Assembly: GCA_963826525.1 (NCBI GenBank)
Contig: CAWGXH010000004.1
Span: 1,504,001-1,568,000 of the forward strand
From: an uncultured Methanomicrobiaceae archaeon
Lineage (GTDB): Archaea > Halobacteriota > Methanomicrobia > Methanomicrobiales > Methanoculleaceae
Direction: 5' to 3'
Length of the DNA: 64,000 bases
Part shown: in pieces, positions 1 to 11,947 of the stretch
Layout: each line of letters begins with the position of its first letter
Position numbering within the stretch: position 1 is the first letter of the stretch
Position numbers and translations under genes: made by a program
The notes under the pieces: model-generated
What the model saw: the letters and a program-made list of their open reading frames with translations, nothing else
Told to the model about the DNA's origin: nothing
Database searches by the model: none

Positions 1-327
1 TGCAAAGACACTGGCGTTGAGGTCCTGGAAGTAGACGGTGTCGCCCATCAGGATTGGGTTACTTGAGGCGGCGCCATACGCACTGGTGGCCGGAATCGCA
101 AACGCCCAGGCGACCCCGAGATCGTTGACGGTACCGGCGTCTATCGCTGAGTTCATGGTCGCCCGTGAGTTTGCATAGTCATAGTTCGGTAGCGGCCAGT
201 TCCCTGCGTACGCGATAACCTCGGGAGGAATGCTCCCGGTGGCGTTCGCAGTCTCGTTCTCCTGGGCGCACGCACCCAGCGGAACGATCATCTCCAATAA
301 GGCGATGGCAATTAGTATTCCTTGCAT
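1..327 (-). CDS. Secreted PQQ-binding-like beta-propeller protein, N-terminal part (runs off window)
   Basis: Manual translation MQGILIAIALLEMIVPLGACAQENET...NWPLPNYDYANSR...VAWAF...SSNPILMGDTVYFQDLNASVFA: signal peptide plus PQQ-propeller-like start. Confidence 0.6.
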   Translation of the reverse strand, partial: MQGILIAIALLEMIVPLGACAQENETANATGSIPPEVIAYAGNWPLPNYDYANSRATMNSAIDAGTVNDLGVAWAFAIPATSAYGAASSNPILMGDTVYFQDLNASVFA

Positions 328-664
328 TTTTATACCTGCGACCGCATCGATAGCGGCACGGATCTCTTCTGCCCCGATCAGACGAGGGCGCAGGATGGCG
401 GAGAAGCAGTTCAAGGCGGCAGGAAAACCCGGTGATACCGGGCTGCTATTGTTCTTGGGGAAAGTGGGTATCATAGGATGACGGAATATAGACCTCTGGC
501 GAGTCCCTCCCCTCGTCGAAAGCAGTCCGGGGCGGAGGTGACCGACATTCACTCGCAAGCCCCCGAGCGCTTCGCTACGAGGGACGGGTGCCTGAAAAAA
601 AGACGTGAATCGGATCTGCACCGGCAGGATACAAACCCTGGAATACGCCAGGTTCGGAATGCGG

Positions 665-1114
665 TTATGCCGTGATGCTCTCGGGCGGGTTAACTTCGAC
701 GAGCCGGATCTCGAATGTCAGATCTTTGCCTGCAAGTGGGTGGTTGGCATCCAGGGTCACACTCGACTCGGAGACATCACTGATCGTGACGAAAAATGTT
801 CTGCCGTCAGGCTGGCTGATCTGCAGTTGCTGGCCGGTTTCAGGCTGGATATCCTCCGGAAACTGTTCGCGTTCCACTTCGAGCAGCATCTCGTCACGGT
901 GAGAGCCATACGCCTCATCCGCAGGGACGGTGGTGGTCTTCGTCTCCCCGGGTTCCATCCCGACAACCGCCTGTTCGAAGCCCGATATGACCTGCCCTTC
1001 GCCGATCGTAAACTCTATCGGCTCTCTCTCGTCCGAACTGTCAAAAACCGTCCCATCCTGTAATTTTCCCGTGTAATGCACCTTAACGGTGTCTCCTTCT
1101 TTTGCCTGTGCCAT
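665..1114 (-). CDS. FKBP-type peptidyl-prolyl cis-trans isomerase (SlyD-like)
   Basis: [31 protein letters not shown] and [15 protein letters not shown] motifs. Confidence 0.95.
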   Translation of the reverse strand: MAQAKEGDTVKVHYTGKLQDGTVFDSSDEREPIEFTIGEGQVISGFEQAVVGMEPGETKTTTVPADEAYGSHRDEMLLEVEREQFPEDIQPETGQQLQISQPDGRTFFVTISDVSESSVTLDANHPLAGKDLTFEIRLVEVNPPESITA

Positions 1115-1330
1115 GCTACTCACCGCCCCCCCGAGGGGAGACCAGATTATAAATAAATTTTGATACCGTGTGTAAAGTAATTATCCCTTTAAAATGATGT
1201 TTCTCTGCCGTATCCCGCATCGGACGCCTCGACCGGCCGTCCGGCCGTGGAGAGTGCAGACACGACCCGGAGAAGCCAGAGGGGATACCGGTCGTGCGGC
1301 ACGAGGGGTGGATTGTAGCCTCCTCCCTGC

Positions 1331-1911
1331 TCACCGCTCGCCGGGCTCGACGCTGTACATGCCCGGGTGACCTGAAGGCCCCGGGGTGTACTCTCCATTC
1401 TCAAGGTCCGGCCACCTCGGGATGGTTCCATCGGTATCTTTGAGCGGCACCGGGGGTGCGATGCCTGGGTGAGCGTCGCCACTCCATACATCGCGATCCC
1501 CGAGACAATCACGGGAACGAAGGTGAAGAAGACCGTCCACGCATTGTCGGGCGGGGTGACGACAACCGCCCCGGCCTCGACTGAGGGGGAGATGCACCCG
1601 AGGACGACCGTTGCAAACCCCGAAAGCATCGACGCGATACCTGCCGGGGCGTTTGCTCTCTTCCGGAAGAGCCCGCAGACCACTGCCCGAAAGAGACCGG
1701 CGAAGAGCAGTGCAAACCCGAAGATCACAATCTCGTAGATTCCCGGGGCTCCAAGGCCGATGCCGATGCAGAGGAGACCTATCCCCACGACGAGGAGGCG
1801 GGTGAACCTGAGGACGCACTTTTCATCGCAGGGGTGATCGGAGACTGCACCGTGGATGAAGTCGGTCGAGAGCACTGCCGAGAAGGTACAGGGCGATGAT
1901 GAGTGCTGCAA
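1331..1911 (-). pseudogene. C-terminal remnant of a sodium:solute symporter family protein
   Basis: Hydrophobic helices with RANAPAGIASMLSG (SSS-like motif); no N-terminal part; tail continues in a shifted frame. Confidence 0.55.
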
Positions 1912-2100
1912 GGTCCATCTGAAAATCAGTATCTGGCTTCGCGCAGTATCTTAAAGAAATGTTGATTTAATCCTATCTGCTCGCTCAATGCTGAATTTTA
2001 CCCGCTAAAATCCCGATTTTTTCGGGATTCCCCGATTATTGCATGGAAACCGGTGAGCGGCCAGAGGTATCCCGGATCTGCCGCCTCTCCTGACGGAGCC

Positions 2101-4144
2101 TTACCGGAACCGCTGCCAGAGGATTCTCCCCATAACCCGGAAGGTGAAGTCCAGTTCCTCGAAACTTGGAATCCCGTTCTCCTTCAGGATATCACGGCCG
2201 CGCTGCATCGAGTCGCCGCCGAGGAGTGCTCCGACGACCATATTCTCGGTCTTCTCTGCAAACAGGACGGTCTGGTTTGCCAGCTGGTCGGATTTCATCA
2301 CGAGGTTCGGGAACCCGATGATGAACGCGATATCCCAGGCATCCTGGTGGCGGATCAGCGCATCGAAGACCTTCTCAAATCGCTTCTCGCCGGCATCCCC
2401 GAGGAGATCCATGGGATTAGCGTGGTTCCAGAACTCGGGCAGGAACTCATTGAGTTCTTCGAGGAGCGTAGGCGGTAGATCGATGAGGTCGATACCGTAC
2501 CGCTCGGCATAGTCGGAGGAGAGAACCGAGAAACCGCCTGCGTTCGTCACCACAACCGCCCGTTTCCCCCGTGGATACCCCTTTGGGGATGCAAGCATCT
2601 CGGCAACCTGGAAAGCTCCCGTCAGGGTGTGGACAGGGATGACGCCTGAATTCCGGAACGCTTCCATGTAGACCTCATACGACCCGGAGAGCGATCCCGT
2701 ATGCGAGGAGGCGGCTGCCTGCCCCTTCTGCGAGGAACCCGACTTTATTGCAACGACCGGTTTGCTCTTCGAGACCTCGCCGACCACCTTCGTGAAGGTC
2801 GTGCCGTCCTGGATCTCCTCGATGTAGAGGATGATGCCCTTCGTCTTCGGGTCGCGCTCCACGAACCGGAGGTAGTCTATGAAGTTAAGGTCTGCCTGGT
2901 TGCCTACCGAGACGACCGCGGAGAACCCGATGTCGTGGGCGATGCTCCAGTCCACAACGGTGTTGATGATCGCACCGCTCTGGGAGATGAATGCGATGCT
3001 GCCGGGCTTTGGAGACTCGTGCACGTAGGTCGTATCGATCCCCCGCGGGGGAATGATCAGGCCGAGACAGTTCGGCCCTACGATTCGGGTACCGTACCGC
3101 TCTGCTATCTCGACGATCCGATCCTCGAGCGCCTTTCCGGTCTCGCCCATCTCTTTGAACCCTGCTGTAATGATGACGGCGATGGCAACCCCTTTCTGCC
3201 CGCATTCCTCGATCACTGCGGGGACGTGGTTTGCGGGAACGGTGATGACCGCCATATCGACCGGGCTCTGAATGGCAGCGATGGAGGGATAGGCTTTCAG
3301 TCCCTGGATGTCCGCGCGTTTGTTGTTCACAGGGTAGAGTTGTCCCGGGAAGTGGAGGAGGTTGTGCAGGACGGCGTACCCCATCTTCTTCGGGTCCGAG
3401 GAGGCGCCGACGACGGCAATAGACCGGGGGGCGAAGTACCTCGAGCGGGACAAGGGGTCGCTCCTGTACCCTCTGCTCCTCGGCTTCGTCGTCAACGAAT
3501 ATCCGGGCATCGACGATGCAGGCGCCGGACTCGTAGAGGCGGAGCGGGTTGATGTCGAATTCCACGACGTGGGTATTCTCCGCGAAGAACCGGTGAACCG
3601 CAGAGATGATCTGCACAAGCGTTTCCTCGTCCTTGGGTTTCATTCCCCGGTACCCTTTGATGACGGGATAGCCGTTGATCTCCCTGACCATCTGGCGAAT
3701 CGACGCCTCGTCGATGGGGAGGATCCGCAGCGTGACGTCTTTCATCAGTTCGACGAGCGTTCCGCCCATCCCGAACGTCAACACTTTCCCGAAGGCCGGG
3801 TCGGTCTTGCCGCCGATGATAAGCTCGAGTCCGGGCGCGGCCTGCTGCTCGACGATGACTCCTTTTATCCCGGCATCGGGGTTGTATGCCTTCGCATTTG
3901 CAACGATTCGATCGAATGCCTCGAGGGCTGCCTCTTTCGAACCTATACCGACGATCACGCCGCCGGCATCGCTCTTATGAATGATCTCCGGAGAGTAGAT
4001 CTTCATGACAACCGGATAGCCGATCTTCTCCGCCGCTTCGCCTGCCTCCGCGGCCGACTCTACAATGCTGTAATCCGGCACCGGAATTTGGTACTGCTGT
4101 AAGAGATCGTATGACTCGTATTCACTCAACATGTGTCGTGACAT
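2101..4144 (-). CDS. ADP-forming acetate--CoA ligase, ATP-grasp (beta) + CoA-binding/ligase (alpha) fusion; frameshift at ~3440
   Basis: IIHKSDAGGV, GLELIIGGKTDPAFG, SIAVVGAS, GPNCLG, SQSGA and AAASSHTGSL motifs across two overlapping ORFs joined by one extra G. Confidence 0.9.
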
Positions 4145-4364
4145 GGTATGGTACCTCGGAGTATGAGTACGTCAGTTTCCGGCATTACTGCCAATTTCAT
4201 TCAAGAAAGAGCAATGAATAGTCTCTGAATGAACCATACCTATATGATGGGAAGTACATTAAACGTTCTGGATTTCGGGCGGCCTCTTGATGATTGGCAT
4301 GCCGGTATTCTGATGAAAAGAGGATGCACCTGTCCGGATCGCCTCTCCAATGAGGGGCGGGGGG

Positions 4365-4994
4365 TTAGATAACCCGCTCCATGCGGCGGGTCACCTCGTC
4401 CCAGTTGACGATGTTCCAGAACGCGTCGACGAATTGACCCCTGTTGTTCCGGTAGTCGACGTAATAGGCGTGTTCCCAGACGTCGAGGACCATCAGGATC
4501 GGGGCGGAGGGATAGACATCGTTGCTGTGTTTTTCGATCTGCATGATGAGCGGCCTGCCGCTCAGGGGCTCCATCACAAGAGCCGCCCATCCCGACCCTT
4601 CGACGCTGGATGCGGCCTGTGAGAATTCCTTTTTAAACCGGTCGAAACTGCCGAACTCCCGGTCGAGTGCGTCCGCGAGAGCCCCGCCCGGTGTTCCGCC
4701 GCCTCCTTTGCCTGCCGGTGCCATCGTAGGCCAGAAGAGCGAGTGGAGGCTATGTCCGCCGATGTTGAACGAGAACTCCTTAAGCGCCGCTTTCTCGTCG
4801 ATATCGGCATTATCCCGCCGTGCCTGCTCGATCTTCTCGAGATTCGTATTGGCACCTTTCACGTATCCCTGGTGGTGCTTGTCGTGGTGGAGGGAGAGTT
4901 GCTCCCGGGAGATATACGGTTCGAGGGCGCTTGTATCGTAGGGGAGAGCGGGAAGTTCATACTTCTTCTGCATCTGCATCTGTTCCTGTGCCAT
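4365..4994 (-). CDS. sod: Fe/Mn superoxide dismutase
   Basis: LHHDKHHQGYV, GSGWAAL and DVWEHAYY signature. Confidence 0.97.
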   Translation of the reverse strand: MAQEQMQMQKKYELPALPYDTSALEPYISREQLSLHHDKHHQGYVKGANTNLEKIEQARRDNADIDEKAALKEFSFNIGGHSLHSLFWPTMAPAGKGGGGTPGGALADALDREFGSFDRFKKEFSQAASSVEGSGWAALVMEPLSGRPLIMQIEKHSNDVYPSAPILMVLDVWEHAYYVDYRNNRGQFVDAFWNIVNWDEVTRRMERVI

Positions 4995-5514
4995 TCACGT
5001 ATCACCTCATGGTACGATACCGGAAAGAGAGTACTCGGGCATTATTAGCGTGTCGGTGCAGGCGGGAGATCCGGCTGAAACCGTGGGGTTGCTGATCATA
5101 CGGGTTGAAACTGCGGTGTTCATCAGTTCCACCCATTCCTCCGGCAGGTACGGGTGCCGGGCTCTCCGGCAGTTTTCAGAGTCGCGAAGGGGATCCAGTA
5201 CCTGCTGGATTTGTACAGCTTCGCTGGATTTGTACATCCTTGCTGCATATCATTTCACAAATGTTAAGTACTCGCTTCTGTCAATCTTCCGACACCGGAC
5301 CGTTGTACTATTCCGAGCCTTCAGGTGGCTTCAATCACGTCCCGGGCAGGGGAGAACCGGGTATTGTGGCATGAAACGCGAACAGATGGTTCTTGTCCCT
5401 GGTCGGTACCCGTCACCGTCCGGGATGCGCCGTGCCGTTTTCTCCAGGCACGGGCGCCGGCTGATCCATAGTCGAAGAAGCGGTGTGTGCCGCTCTGAGT
5501 GTGTATGTGATACC

Positions 5515-8224
5515 ATGCAGAAATATGAACGAAGAATTGGCCTGCTCCTAATTGCCCTGATCTCGATCGCGCTCATCTCCTCCCCGGCCGCAGCCCGGGA
5601 CGGACTCAAGGGAATCTATTCTGGCGATACGATCTATGCCGGCGAGGAAGACCTTGACCTGACCGGCGTCGCCCCCGGCATCACCCGTCTCGTCCACTAC
5701 TACGACTTCACGGCCGGAACCGTCGACAACATGATCGATGTGGCGAGCGCGAACAACTTCGACCTCTCCGCAGCGTATGTCGGCGGCATCACCGGCACCT
5801 ACTATGCATGGGACAACGCCGGCCTGATCGCCGGAAACCCGTTCGTCGTCGTCACGGTCCCGGCTGTGACCCTCGACGTCGTCCTGAATGACTCCCGGAC
5901 CGTCTCGGTGAACGGCAAATCCGTCTCCTGCGGCACGCCGCTCGCCTTCGCGCTCCAGAACAACGTTGGTGGGCTGTATGCCACTCCGGCGGTCGCCTTC
6001 ATGGACGTCGAGGTCACCACCCCCGCTGGCGGGAAGCTCATCCAGTTCGGCGGCGTCGGTCCTGCGGGCGTCCCGATCAACGCGTCCAAAATTTACGTAG
6101 GCGGCATAAACCTCGCCAGCGTTGAAGCCGGTATCTACACTGCTCAGGCACGGTGGAACGATGCGACCGGTCTTGCCGACAAGGGGTATGACTCGAACAC
6201 CGTCAGTTTTCAGGTTACCGTTCCGGCTCTCACGATGGAGGCCAACAAGGAGAGCGTCATCCGCGGCAACACCTTCGTCGTGACCATCATCGGTGAGTCC
6301 GGGAAGGCTTATTGGCTTTACGTCAGGGATGCGGGGCTCGCGAGCAATCAGTATCCCCTGGTCGCACCCGGGCAGCCGGGTGTCGTCCCCGGGACGAACC
6401 TGCCCGGCGTCACCGACGCTGCAGATGTCCTCTACACCCGGGCTCAGATCACTACCAACGCCGCCGGCACCCGAACGGTCATGTTCAACACCACCACTGC
6501 CACGGACGAGCGGCGTTTCACGATCAAGGTCGTCGACCCGGACGACACCTCCGTATCCGATACGGTCATGGTGGCGGTCGAGCGGGGAGTTGTCACCCTG
6601 ACGGCATCCGGCACCGGCGTCTACTATGTGGGTGAAGAGATCGTGCTCTCCGGCACCAACACCGACAACACGACGACCTATCTCTTCCTGACCGGCCCGA
6701 ACCTCCCGGTCGGCGGTGTCAGGCTCGACAATGTGACTGCTTCCGTCGTGGATGACTCGGCCGCCTCGTTCACCCTGGCCGGCGTCCGGTACGACGACAT
6801 CTGGGAGTACCGGTGGGATACATCGGCGATCGGTCCATCGCTGGATTCCGGCTGTTACACCATCTACGCCGTCTCCGCGCCGAGGTCAAAGGGAAACCTT
6901 GCAGACGCAGAGTACTCGACCGCGTCCGTCGTCCTGAAGACCCCCGGCATCGAGGCAACGGCAAGCGCGAGCACCGTTGCCAGGGGTGACTCGCTGACCA
7001 TCTCCGGGACGGCGGAGGGCAACCCGGACAACATCTACATCTGGATCTTCGGCAGGAACGACCGCCTGCTCGGCGAGCCCGTGACCGTTGCGCGCGACGC
7101 CTCCTTCGAATACAAGATCAACCATTTCGGGGCTGATGCCTATCTCTCGGGCCAGTACTTCGTCGTCGTCCAGCACCCGATGATGAACGGCCTGCAGGAC
7201 GTCCACCTGGTTGCAGGAACGACCGCGACCATCACCTCTCCCGGCATGACCAACATCGACCTCGCAAACCTGCAGGCATCCGACGCGGCGACCGCCCTCA
7301 TGACCGCTATGAACTCACCGAATGTGGACGATACCTACACCAATCTGACCTTCTACGTGGAGGAGTCCTGGATCCGGATCGATCCTCTTGAGAACCTGAC
7401 CGTCGGCAGCACCTTCGCCATCTCCGGCACCACCAACCTGGCGCCCGGCGACGAGCTGCTGATCGACGTGACGAGCGCATCCTTCCACCCGGACGAGAAT
7501 ACCACGAGTCTACGATTTCAGCGGCGCTTCCGGCACGGTGACCGTCCAGCAGGGTGAGCCCGATAACACCTGGTTCTTTATGGTCGATGCCTCCGCATTC
7601 CTGCCCGACGACTACATCGTCAACGTCGTGAGCGTGGAGACCGGTGCATGGGAGACCACGACCTTCACGCTGGGTGATGGGCCCAATCCGCCGCCGCCCT
7701 CCTCTGACACTGTGATAAACCTCGCAAAAGGCTGGAACTTTGTCTCGGTCCCGAAACGGCTTGCCGACGGGAACAACACCGCAGCCCTGGTCTTCGGAGC
7801 CGTCGATATGGCGGGGCACTCGCTCTTCCGCTACGAGGCGGCGACAAAATCCTGGAGCGCTCTCGATGCCGGCAGCGTGATTGAACCCCTGGACGGCTAC
7901 TGGGTCTACGCGAATAGCAGCACCTCTGTCGGCCTGTTCTTCGCGGGCGGCGGTATGACGGCGCCGCCGTCAAAGACCCTCTTGCAGGGCTGGAACGCGA
8001 TCGGGTTCTCAAGCCCCGTTTCCGCCACGGCACGCGACGCACTCTGGTCGGTGGCAGGATCGTGGACAAACGCCATCGGCTGGGATGCTGAATACCAGGG
8101 ATACGGGCTTGCGATCATCAACGGCGGCAGCGGTGCGTACAGCGACAGCCGCACGATGGAGCCGGGGTGGGGCTACTGGCTTTTCATGACCGAAGGAGGG
8201 GAGCTGGCAGCTCTTACGGGATAG
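5515..8224 (+). CDS. Methanomicrobiales S-layer-type glycoprotein (DUF3821/MEMAR_RS02690-like) with C-terminal 'GWN' repeat domain; frameshift at ~7505
   Basis: Signal peptide; YYVGEEIVLSGTNT, GQYFVVVQHPMMNG, SPNVDDTY and ISGTTNLAPGDELLI motifs; continues in ORF 7538-8224. Confidence 0.8.
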
Positions 8225-8225
8225 C

Positions 8226-9134
8226 ATGACACGATTCGCAGTTATCCGCTGGCTTCTGGCGTTCTGCCTCGTCTTCGCCGGTATCGGAGGGGCTGCTGCG
8301 GCTCCTCCGCTTCCCCCGCCCTTGCCCTGCAGTTTCTTCGGCAACGTCACGGTGAACGCCGATCCGGCACCGGCCGGGACGGTCGTCACCGCACTGATCG
8401 GCGGGAGTGAAAGCGGCTCCCTGACCACGACCGAATCCGGGAAGTACGGCGGAAGCGAGGCATGGGACACGAAACTCCTCGTCCAGGGAGCCGAGACCGA
8501 TGTGGGGCAGACGATAACCTTTCGGGTGAATGGCGCTGCTGCCCGCGAGACCGCGACGTATACGCCGGGCGCCGTTCAGGCTCTCGACCTCACCGTCGCG
8601 GCCGGCAGCATTGTAGTGAGCAGCCCGGTGGCGTCCCCGTCCCGTATCCCGACTGACGACGACGGCACGCCGGGATGGGGCGAGACGGCGAACCTCTCCG
8701 TGACGGTGACCGGTGCGGGTGTCGCATCGGTGACGGTCGATCTCTCGGTGATCGGCGGTTCGGCAGCGTCGATGGCCGACGACGCGGGGGACGGCATCTG
8801 GACGGCGGGCACGGCCGCCACCGTCCCGTCGCCGTTCGAGGATGGTGTCTACCTGCCGGTGTACCTGTCCGTGAACGCGACCGATACCGCCGGCAACAGC
8901 AGCACGACCGCCTCGATCCCGCTCACGGTCGTGAAGAACGGGGATGCGAACGAGGATAACCGGGTCTCGCTCTACGACGCCGTCTACATCGCCCGGCACA
9001 CGCTCGGGACGGAGGGCTACCCGATGACGGAGAGCGTCGGCGAGGTCTCGGGCGACGGTGAGGCGTCGATCAACGATGCGATGTACCTCGCAAAGCACGT
9101 GCTCGCGATTCCCGGGTTCGAACACCTGCACTGA
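8226..9134 (+). CDS. Secreted protein with C-terminal dockerin-like domain
   Basis: Signal peptide; paired GDANEDNRVSLYDA / GEVSGDGEASINDA Ca-binding-like repeats. Confidence 0.75.
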   Translation: MTRFAVIRWLLAFCLVFAGIGGAAAAPPLPPPLPCSFFGNVTVNADPAPAGTVVTALIGGSESGSLTTTESGKYGGSEAWDTKLLVQGAETDVGQTITFRVNGAAARETATYTPGAVQALDLTVAAGSIVVSSPVASPSRIPTDDDGTPGWGETANLSVTVTGAGVASVTVDLSVIGGSAASMADDAGDGIWTAGTAATVPSPFEDGVYLPVYLSVNATDTAGNSSTTASIPLTVVKNGDANEDNRVSLYDAVYIARHTLGTEGYPMTESVGEVSGDGEASINDAMYLAKHVLAIPGFEHLH

Positions 9135-9408
9135 GAAGGGACTCTCTCTCCTTTTTACCGCTCCGGCATCATGACGGCGTTCATTATGAGGCCTCCGGGT
9201 TGCTCTGGTCAGCGGGTCTTCCGCCGGAAAGGTGCCCTTCGTGAGGGCAAAGGTCGAGGTACCCCTCTCCCAGTGACTACTTCCTCTGCGGCCAGCTGTT
9301 CGAACGAATGATTGGGCGGTCGCTCTTCGGATACAGGTGCTGAACCGAAACGGCGGAACGAAAATCAGCGTTTATTAATACTTTTTTTTATAATGACCCT
9401 TGGGATAT

Positions 9409-11557
9409 ATGCAGAAAACCATTTCCGGAATTATTCTGTTAGCAGGATTTCTGTGCCTTGTTCTTCTTATCGCCGTCTCTTTTCCGGGCGGTTTCGGGGA
9501 GGCGAACGATATGCGGCAGGAGGAGACAGTAGTGTGGACGATGCCCGAATTGCCGGTGCCAGACCCAAAAGAACCTATCCGTTCTGAGTATGAACCGGGG
9601 GAGATCACCCGGCTCTGCGAGAGCGCATTCGCGTCTGCAAACGCATCGCTCGATGCGATCGCAGATACACCTCCCGAGATGCGGACGGTCGACAACACCC
9701 TGATCCGGTTCGAAAACACGATGGGCGACCTCTCGGATGCGACGGGCCCCCTGATCCTAATGGGATACGTCAGTCCCGACCCTGAGATTGCGGAGGAAGG
9801 CTCTGCCTGCGAGGAGAGAACGGCTATATTCTCCACGCAGATTTACACGCGCCGCGATCTCTACGATGCTATCCGCGGTCAGACTCCGCGGAATGCCGAT
9901 GAGGCACGGCTCTACAATAAGACGATCGAAAAGTTCGAAAAGAACGGGCTGATGCTCCCCGACGACCGGCTGGCGCACGTGCGGGAGATGAGGGAAGATC
10001 TCTCGACGCTTGAGAATCAGTTCTCGACGAACCTGAACAACGACAATTCAAGTCTAGAGTTTACCGCAGAAGAACTCGCAGGCGTGCCCGACGGAGTGCT
10101 TGCGACGTTCCGGAAGACCGACCGGGATACCTATCTCGTCACCACGAAGTCTCCGGATTACATTGCCGTCATGCAGAATGCGGACAACGACGAAACCCGC
10201 AGGAGGATGCACGCCGCGTACGTCAACCGGCAGGCTGAGGAGAACACGCGGCTTCTTGAAGAGGCGATTCTCCTTCGGCAGCAGATAGCACACGAACTCG
10301 GTTACGATACCTGGGCTGACTACCAGACAGACGGCAGGATGGCAGAGAACAAGGAGAATGTGGCGAAATTTTTGTCTGCCCTGAAAGAGCCGGTACAGGA
10401 GAAGACCGGGCAGGAGACGGCAGAGCTTCTTGCGGTAAAGAAAGAGTACGATCCTCGGGCGACGTCTGTGGATGCCTGGGATATTCTCTATCTTCAGGAA
10501 AATCTCAGAAGGGAGAGGTATTCTCTCGACGACGAGACTGTCAGGCAGTATTTCCCGCTCGATTCTGTGATGGGGGGAATGTTCGACCAATACTCGGACC
10601 TTCTCGGCATCCGGATCGCCGAGGTAAAAGATGCAAAGGTCTGGGCGGAAGGTGTGCAACTCTACAGGATAGATAACGCGACCTCTGGAGATACGATTGC
10701 CTATTTCTACACCGATCTCTTCCCGCGCGAGGGGAAGTACGGTCACATGGCGATGTTCGGGCTTGTTGCCGGATGGGCAGGTCCTAACGATTCGTACAAC
10801 ATCCCTGTAGGTGCCATTGTCGGCAACGTGCGTGCACCGGACGGTGAAAAACTCTCCCTCCTCTCACAGTCCGATATCGAAGACGTCTTTCACGAGTTCG
10901 GGCACACGCTCCACTGGTGCCTGACCCGTGCACCGTATGCGACTCTCTCGGGCTACAACGTCGAGATGGATTTCGTCGAAGCGCCGTCGCAGGCGCTGGA
11001 GGAATGGGCGTGGCAGCCGGATGTTCTCCGCGAGATCTCCGGCCTGTACACCGATCCGACACAAAAGATCCCGGACGATCTGCTGGAGTCCATGATCGAG
11101 GCACGCGATATGGACATGGGGCTGACCTATTCCAGAATGCTGCGAATCTCGTGCGAGGACATGGAATATCATACTGCAGACGGGCCGGTGAATGTGACGG
11201 AGCTATCCGATGTGCTGTATGAAGAGATGATGGGGATACCGTCGATAGAGGATGATCATGAGCCTGCGACCATCGGGCATTTCATGGGTGGATATGATGC
11301 CGGCTACTACAGTTATCTCTGGTCGAAGGTGTATGCCCTGAATATCTACGACCGGTTTGCGCGTGACGGTCTTCGAAACACAACGACCGGTCGTGAGTAC
11401 CTGTACGTGGATTCTCGAACAGGGGAACATGCAGGACGCAGGCGTTCTGCTGAAAGGTTTTCTTGGAAAGGAGCCGGGCTCGGACGTATTGTATGAGCGG
11501 CTCACCGTCGGCACCTCTCCGGGTGCGGAGGTCGCCCGAGCAGGCAGTAGGTCATGA
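9409..11557 (+). CDS. M3 family metallopeptidase (thimet oligopeptidase-like) with N-terminal hydrophobic anchor; frameshift at ~11400
   Basis: DLFPREGKYGH, FHEFGH, DFVEAPSQALEEW and GYDAGYYSYLWS motifs. Confidence 0.9.
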
Positions 11558-11711
11558 TACAATCGTGTCCGCTCCTGCACCCCCGCCTGCCGGGCCGTGA
11601 GAGGCGGCGACCTGGAGAGCGTCTTTGCCCCGGGTGATCGCCGCGGAATAGTCGCCCGGTTCCCGCCATCTCGGGCGCCCCTGAAACGCGACCGGCGGCG
11701 CCGGAATTTCG

Positions 11712-11915
11712 ACCCTCACAGAAGCCTCCGCTCGCTCGATCTCGGGGCGAGCCAAAACATCCTTCGGAAGATTACTCGTCCTCATAGCGCCGTTATAATC
11801 CTGCGGTTCTGCCCTGTTTCGGGAATCCGGGCAATCTGATTCGGTTAATTCCGATTGGCCGGATCCAGCCTCGGATGAGGACGCAAAAAGAGAAAAATAC
11901 CGCCAATTTGTCCGT
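11712..11915. repeat. Non-coding repeat family B, copy 1
   Basis: ACCCTCACAGAAGCC shared with 22489; colinear similarity over ~200 bp with 22489-22695. Confidence 0.65.
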
Positions 11916-11947
11916 ATTTTTCCGGGGGGTTGCCACGCCACCCTCTG

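Noticed and set aside
3430-3450. Programmed ribosomal frameshifting in the acetate-CoA ligase and kdp genes
   Set aside because: No slippery heptamers are evident at the junctions, and similar indels occur throughout the window
5050-5514. N-terminal extension of the 835-aa ORF
   Set aside because: The signal peptide begins at ATG 5515; upstream looks intergenic
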